DNA of 64,000 nucleotides from an uncultured Alphaproteobacteria bacterium (GTDB lineage Bacteria; Pseudomonadota; Alphaproteobacteria; Rs-D84): NCBI GenBank assembly GCA_946188105.1, contig CAMHTQ010000002.1, positions 111,973 to 175,972 of the forward strand, read 5' to 3'. Shown piece by piece: positions 59,386 to 64,000 of this stretch (position 1 is its first letter; each line of letters starts with the position of its first letter). The notes under the pieces were generated by a model. It saw only the letters and a program-made list of their open reading frames with translations, ran no database searches and was not told where the DNA came from. The position numbers and the translations under genes were made by a program.

Positions 59386-61902
59386 TTATTCCATAGTTAT
59401 CGGTGGAAAACAATCGCCACCACCCGCAGGACAGCAGGCAAATGGATATTCTGAATCAGCACCCATCTCTTCATATGTTTCACCAGGACAGCAACCATTT
59501 GCATCAGGTGCAGAACCATCATCACATGTCAAAGCCCCAGCAGAATCATCCGCTTCCCAAACAGGTTTCTCAGGTTTAGCAAATGGATTCTTGATAGTTT
59601 CGCCATCATCTTCGTATTCCAATCCCAAAATCTCGGTATTATATGCCTTGGTTTGATCTTCTGTTCTTTCTTCAGCAGTACCATAAGATTTCTGGAATGT
59701 TTGTTGTTGATTTTGATAAACAACATCCTGTTTTACTTGGTTCTTGGCCTGATAATTTTGTGATTCACAGAATGCTAATACAGTTCTGTAATCATAGCCA
59801 GCCGCCGCAATATTAGCCGCCTCGCCTTGTTTAACACGCATAACACCCTTGGAATCAACCTCGCAGAATCCAGATAAATCAAACGAACGTACCTGACCAG
59901 TCCAAGAAGAATCATTTGGATCGATGCTAATTTTATTCTTTAAACTTGACCATTCACGTCTGTTGTTTTTACTATACTCAGCAAACGCACATTTTTTACC
60001 TTCGTTTTCTTCCTTGCCACATGTTGCAATTAAATCCACAGGTGAATACACAGTAATACGTGTTCCAGCCGCAATAGAAAATGGCGGAACAGTATTATCC
60101 AACGCATCAACCATCAACTTTTGTGCAACTTTATTCCATGCGGTTATAACTTCGTTCTTGGCTAATTCCGAAGAACGTACCGTTCCAGATTGAACAACTG
60201 TATTATTATCCAAATCAATTTGGTTAACAAATGTATCTGCGATTGGTGCAATCATATTTACAGCCGCAGGTACGATTGCCGTCAATAATGGCATAACCAT
60301 TTGTTCGATATAATCTGTGCTTCCGTATCCTGGAACACCAACACGACCTTGGGAATCAGCAGAATATGGATCTTGATCTTCATCTTCAAAATTAAATTCT
60401 ACACCGTCTGGACGAATAAATTGATACCATTTAATATCCATACGACCAACAGATTTATATGGTCCAGGCAATTTGCCATTTAAATAACCCAATAATAATG
60501 TTCCTGTTGGCAAAATTACTGTGCGACCATTGTCGGAATAAACGTTTCTATCAACGGTTGCACGTACAGGAATACCACTACTTTTACTGCAATCGTTATC
60601 TGGGCAATATACTGATGGATCGGCACGAACCTCGGACACGATTGTTGCAGGAATTGGTTTAAATTGACGCAATATAAATGTTCTGTCAAATGGTCTGGAT
60701 GAATATACTGACTCGGCCTCTTTTGCAGATCCTTTTAATGTTGCCTCTTTATCAACACCACTGGGAATTAAATTAATTCCAGCACCCGTACTATCAAAAG
60801 TATTTTTATAATTGCCCAAACCACCGATTTTATCATCTGACCCAGATGAACGTTCTACAACAGCACCAGGTTTAGATTTTAATTTAGGTACAGAAGTTAT
60901 ATTACCAGTAAATCCGATATGTTCTGCATCTGTTCCAATTTTTTTACCACTGCCATCAATACTGGTAATTACACCTGTATCAGGGTTATAAACACCCGTT
61001 GGTTTGTTACAATCTTTATCAGAAAATGGATGGAATTCATAACGTCCATCTTTTGGTTTTATCCAACCAATTTGTGTTCCTGTTGTGCTGTATCCAGGCA
61101 TCGCAAAATCAGAACATTTTTCAGGTGCGCGTTGACGAGGTTTTTCAACAGGTTTTTGTGCAGGTTGAAATACATTTTCTGCACCAATAATTCCACCATT
61201 TTTAGTTGGAACTTCTGGCTTTGTATCTTCTTCCTCTTCATCCTCTATTGGTGTATCATCGTTATCTAAATCAACATCAGGGGCATCATCAACCTCTGGC
61301 TTTGGTTCCTCAATAGGTTTAGACTTAGGTGTTTCCTGTGGTTTTTGGACGGGGTTTTGATTGTCTGTTTTTTCAACAGCTTTCTTTGGCTCTGGCAAAG
61401 CATTTGTTGAACTCACAGGAATAACGATTTGTGTGCTTTGTTGGAAAATTTCATGCGAATCGTTTTTATCATGCCATTGTATTTTCAATGTAACATCCCC
61501 AGATACCTTGGCATTCCCAGGTGTAAAAGAAACATCAACACGACATGGAATTTGTGTGTTAACCCTGTAACCTTTTTTACATGATTTAAATGAAAATCCT
61601 GGAACAGAATCCTGAACCTCGACAGAATCAATCACCGCATCGTATGTCGCAGTAATTTTAAATGTTTGATCTGCTTTATCACCAACTTTCACATTAGACA
61701 AACTGATGTTATTTGGTGTAATCAACAATTTCACATCACGATTATTGCGTAATCCTGGGGTTGTGGAATGTTTTGGTTTATTAACCAATAAAAATAATAA
61801 AATCAGTACAACAACAAATGCGGCCACCAACAGCATCCAACGAAATGCCACTGGTGTTGCATGAAATGTTTCTTTTATCTTATTCTTTATGTTATTTGCC
61901 AT
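59386..61902 (-). CDS. virB10: VirB10/TrbI-family T4SS protein, expanded (838 aa)
   Basis: N-terminal cytoplasmic tail plus TM (WMLLVAAFVVVLILLFLLV). A beta-rich module. A Pro/Glu/Lys-rich linker (KPQETPKSKPIEEPKPE...). A TrbI C-terminal barrel with hallmark segments RTVILPTGTLLLGYLNG, GRMDIKWYQFIRPDGVEF, and GRVGVPGY...DYIEQMVMPLLTAIV...PPFSIAAGTRITVYSPVDL. Then an extra ~200-aa tail ending in a Cys-rich segment (CDDGSAPDANGCCPGE...FACCPAGGGDCFPP). Confidence 0.75.
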   Translation of the reverse strand: MANNIKNKIKETFHATPVAFRWMLLVAAFVVVLILLFLLVNKPKHSTTPGLRNNRDVKLLITPNNISLSNVKVGDKADQTFKITATYDAVIDSVEVQDSVPGFSFKSCKKGYRVNTQIPCRVDVSFTPGNAKVSGDVTLKIQWHDKNDSHEIFQQSTQIVIPVSSTNALPEPKKAVEKTDNQNPVQKPQETPKSKPIEEPKPEVDDAPDVDLDNDDTPIEDEEEEDTKPEVPTKNGGIIGAENVFQPAQKPVEKPRQRAPEKCSDFAMPGYSTTGTQIGWIKPKDGRYEFHPFSDKDCNKPTGVYNPDTGVITSIDGSGKKIGTDAEHIGFTGNITSVPKLKSKPGAVVERSSGSDDKIGGLGNYKNTFDSTGAGINLIPSGVDKEATLKGSAKEAESVYSSRPFDRTFILRQFKPIPATIVSEVRADPSVYCPDNDCSKSSGIPVRATVDRNVYSDNGRTVILPTGTLLLGYLNGKLPGPYKSVGRMDIKWYQFIRPDGVEFNFEDEDQDPYSADSQGRVGVPGYGSTDYIEQMVMPLLTAIVPAAVNMIAPIADTFVNQIDLDNNTVVQSGTVRSSELAKNEVITAWNKVAQKLMVDALDNTVPPFSIAAGTRITVYSPVDLIATCGKEENEGKKCAFAEYSKNNRREWSSLKNKISIDPNDSSWTGQVRSFDLSGFCEVDSKGVMRVKQGEAANIAAAGYDYRTVLAFCESQNYQAKNQVKQDVVYQNQQQTFQKSYGTAEERTEDQTKAYNTEILGLEYEDDGETIKNPFAKPEKPVWEADDSAGALTCDDGSAPDANGCCPGETYEEMGADSEYPFACCPAGGGDCFPPITME

Positions 61903-61925
61903 AATACATACCCATATTTACCAAA

Positions 61926-63434
61926 CTACTGGATTCTGATTACACGACATCCAGACACTTTGAACTGCATCAATTTATCGCATAATGTTTGTGCTGTATC
62001 AATATCTGAAATAGGTCCAATACGCAAACGATATAATCTTGCAGCCGAAGCCCCAGAACCTAATTCACCAACACCTTGCTCGTCAACAGCATAAAACACT
62101 TTGTTTTGATATGGTGTTAATAATCCAGAACCACTGTCGCCACTGAATTTAGCCATCAAATCAGACCAATAATCATCCAATGCCTTGATAGATGTATCTG
62201 ATGCGAATTCTACCGCAACCCCAGATTGATTAGATGAAATCAAAGGAATATTTGATTGTGGTAAATACGCACCGGCTGTTTCACGTTTTGTAGGAATCAT
62301 AGATACCCCAGATGTTCCAGAAACACTGCCACTGGTTGTTGGAGCACCATAACCCGCAGGCATATACATTCCTGTTCCATACATACTTTGTGTGTCAGAC
62401 ATATAAACAGGTGTAGAACCATAATCCATCACAGATGCATTTGCCGCAGCCATATCCTCGGTATAAGCGATATTGTTCAAAGATTGTGTTGATAACATAC
62501 TTTGTGCAACATTTGCCTCGGCCAAAGCCATCACAGATGCAGTGTCTGCAATCAAGAATGGTTTTTCACGTTTTTTGATACATACAATGCGTTGACCACT
62601 GCGTAATACCATATCGCCAACAGCCTCGACAATCAACAATCTGCCGTCTTGACCATCTGTTCTGAAACCGACAGGGGACTCACCACCTTCGATTAATAAA
62701 GATACCACAGGACGTTGGGTCATTGCGATAACCTTGTCGCCAAAGTCAATATATGTAAAGATCTTATCACGCCATACACGTTCAGGTGCGATTACATAAT
62801 CGTCTGGGTTTGGAACAAATATATCCAAATCAAATCTAAACTCAGATGGATCAATTTTCATAGATTTAATCCAAGCATAATCTTCTCCATCAACACCGTA
62901 TGTGCTGGTGGTTGTCTTTTCGCGTTGGAATATAGAATTCATACCGCCCGATGCTTTTGTTGTGGTTGCAGCATTATTAACAGTTGCGCCATTATCCAAA
63001 ACAACATCGACCTGGGCATATGGAATTTCAGATGATTCAATATTAGAACTCTTTAAATAGAATATGTATTTATTCCCAGATTGACCTGTAACAATCAAAT
63101 TTGTATCTGATGGTTCCGGATCATTTGGAGTTATGTACAAAACATTGCCACCCTCGGTTGCATTGATTTGGAATAAACCCTTGTCGCCGACAACCGCATC
63201 AGCAATCTGTTCGCCATTTGGTAAATTGACCATTGTCACCATGCTGTTACGCAGATTCAATGGTAATACGGCACCCTGGGACCAAGACAATTGTGCATAT
63301 CCTGGCTTGACACTGCCTGCTGACATATTTGCAGATGGATTTTCCCAAGCCGCCTGGATTTTTGCAAAAGAAACGTTTATTGATGCCAACACAAACAAAC
63401 ACATCAATCCATTTAATTTCAAAAATTTAAGCAT
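61926..63434 (-). CDS. virB9: VirB9/TrbG-family T4SS protein with a C-terminal SPOR-like domain (502 aa)
   Basis: Signal peptide. VirB9 N-domain signature VNLPNGEQIADAVVGDKGLFQI...PSDTNLIVTGQSGNKYIFYLKS (compare ElPpGEkI..v.lGD...W.v....n.lf.kP...TNL.V.T.kR.YhF.L). The C-terminal ~75 aa LYRLRIGPISDIDTAQTLCDKLMQFKVSGCRVIRIQ fit the SPOR consensus. Confidence 0.75.
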   Translation of the reverse strand: MLKFLKLNGLMCLFVLASINVSFAKIQAAWENPSANMSAGSVKPGYAQLSWSQGAVLPLNLRNSMVTMVNLPNGEQIADAVVGDKGLFQINATEGGNVLYITPNDPEPSDTNLIVTGQSGNKYIFYLKSSNIESSEIPYAQVDVVLDNGATVNNAATTTKASGGMNSIFQREKTTTSTYGVDGEDYAWIKSMKIDPSEFRFDLDIFVPNPDDYVIAPERVWRDKIFTYIDFGDKVIAMTQRPVVSLLIEGGESPVGFRTDGQDGRLLIVEAVGDMVLRSGQRIVCIKKREKPFLIADTASVMALAEANVAQSMLSTQSLNNIAYTEDMAAANASVMDYGSTPVYMSDTQSMYGTGMYMPAGYGAPTTSGSVSGTSGVSMIPTKRETAGAYLPQSNIPLISSNQSGVAVEFASDTSIKALDDYWSDLMAKFSGDSGSGLLTPYQNKVFYAVDEQGVGELGSGASAARLYRLRIGPISDIDTAQTLCDKLMQFKVSGCRVIRIQ

Positions 63435-63454
63435 CTTTCCTTCCTTTTATTTTA

Positions 63455-64000
63455 TTATTTCAGCCAATTCAAAGGGTCGTCGTTTATAACTTTACCTTCT
63501 TTGTTTATAACATTGTAACCGCTAACCCGAATGCCCAATGGATTTTCCATGCGTTCAGCCCATTTTACAGCATTCTGTGCGGTTGATTCCAACTCTATAC
63601 TCAATGTATAGGGTCGTAAAATCTCTTGGGTTTCAAAACTACCATCATTGCACTTGTACATAAAAGTAACGATATAAGTGTTTGTTTCCCCAGTTTTTGG
63701 AACAACCGACTTGGATGGCGGAAATTCAACAGTACAATTTATGTTAAAAGACTCGTCCAAATCCCGATCCCGAGTAATGATATTTACCATGTCGGTCATA
63801 GCGAATTTACCAAAAACCTCGTCTGTGGAACGTGTTTTGATAACACCATCGGGGCTATCCGCCCACAAAGCCCGCATAATAGACAGATTTGGGACAATTT
63901 CGTTGCGTTCACGCACATATTCACGAATAAATTGTTGTTTATAGTCCTCTAAACTGTCGTCAGGAATTTCGGTTAATGTCAATTCCCTGTCCTCTAGTGT
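63455..64000 (-). CDS. virB8: VirB8-family T4SS protein (C-terminal ~180 aa; the N-terminus lies beyond the window edge)
   Basis: NTF2-like VirB8 periplasmic domain with a conserved NPLG-x-x-V-x-x-Y motif near the C-terminus (ENPLGIRVSGYNVINKEG). It is tightly coupled to virB9 by a 20-nt gap. The Met at 63982 is probably internal. Confidence 0.65.
   Translation of the reverse strand, partial: TLEDRELTLTEIPDDSLEDYKQQFIREYVRERNEIVPNLSIMRALWADSPDGVIKTRSTDEVFGKFAMTDMVNIITRDRDLDESFNINCTVEFPPSKSVVPKTGETNTYIVTFMYKCNDGSFETQEILRPYTLSIELESTAQNAVKWAERMENPLGIRVSGYNVINKEGKVINDDPLNWLK

Overview
Low-GC chromosomal segment with an alphaproteobacterial character. The alpha-typical markers are a GapR/DUF2312 gene, an RpoH box, an rRNA signature, ppdK, and an rvh-like type IV secretion system (T4SS) of the kind seen in Rickettsiales and Holosporales. 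About two thirds of the window is housekeeping: a contiguous 16S-tRNAIle-23S-5S operon, tRNA-Gln, ppdK, an MsbA-like ABC exporter, rplU-rpmA, dnaQ, uvrD, rmuC-def-fmt-truA, comEC, pyrG, pyk, a dacA-like gene, recR-rsmA, a kefB-like antiporter, lspA-yidC-lpxD, rpoH, and a TPR-BamB-like pair. Embedded in this are three T4SS-related loci. First, an array of five paralogous VirB6/TrbL-like polytopic membrane proteins, four co-directional and one divergent (26.7-33.4 kb). Second, a virB8-virB9-virB10 operon on the minus strand at the 3' edge of the window. Its VirB10 is oversized (838 aa), and its VirB9 carries a SPOR-like C-terminal domain. Third, several candidate secreted or effector-like genes. 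The strongest of these are two large paralogous signal-peptide proteins (739 and 757 aa) that bracket rplU-rpmA. Each has an Arg/Thr-rich disordered N-region followed by a Cys-rich domain, and one has an EGF-type cysteine signature. I regard this pair as the best candidate for an undescribed family. Other unexplained items are a tandem triplet of small Cys-rich ORFs between fmt and truA, an LRR-like repeat protein, and an island of about 5 kb of small orphan ORFs directly downstream of the rRNA operon. That island is built from repeated terminator-promoter cassettes. Also notable is a recurring CCGGCAAATGCCGG terminator hairpin family with at least six copies. All protein calls rest on motif recognition by eye in the supplied translations. 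None has been checked against a database.
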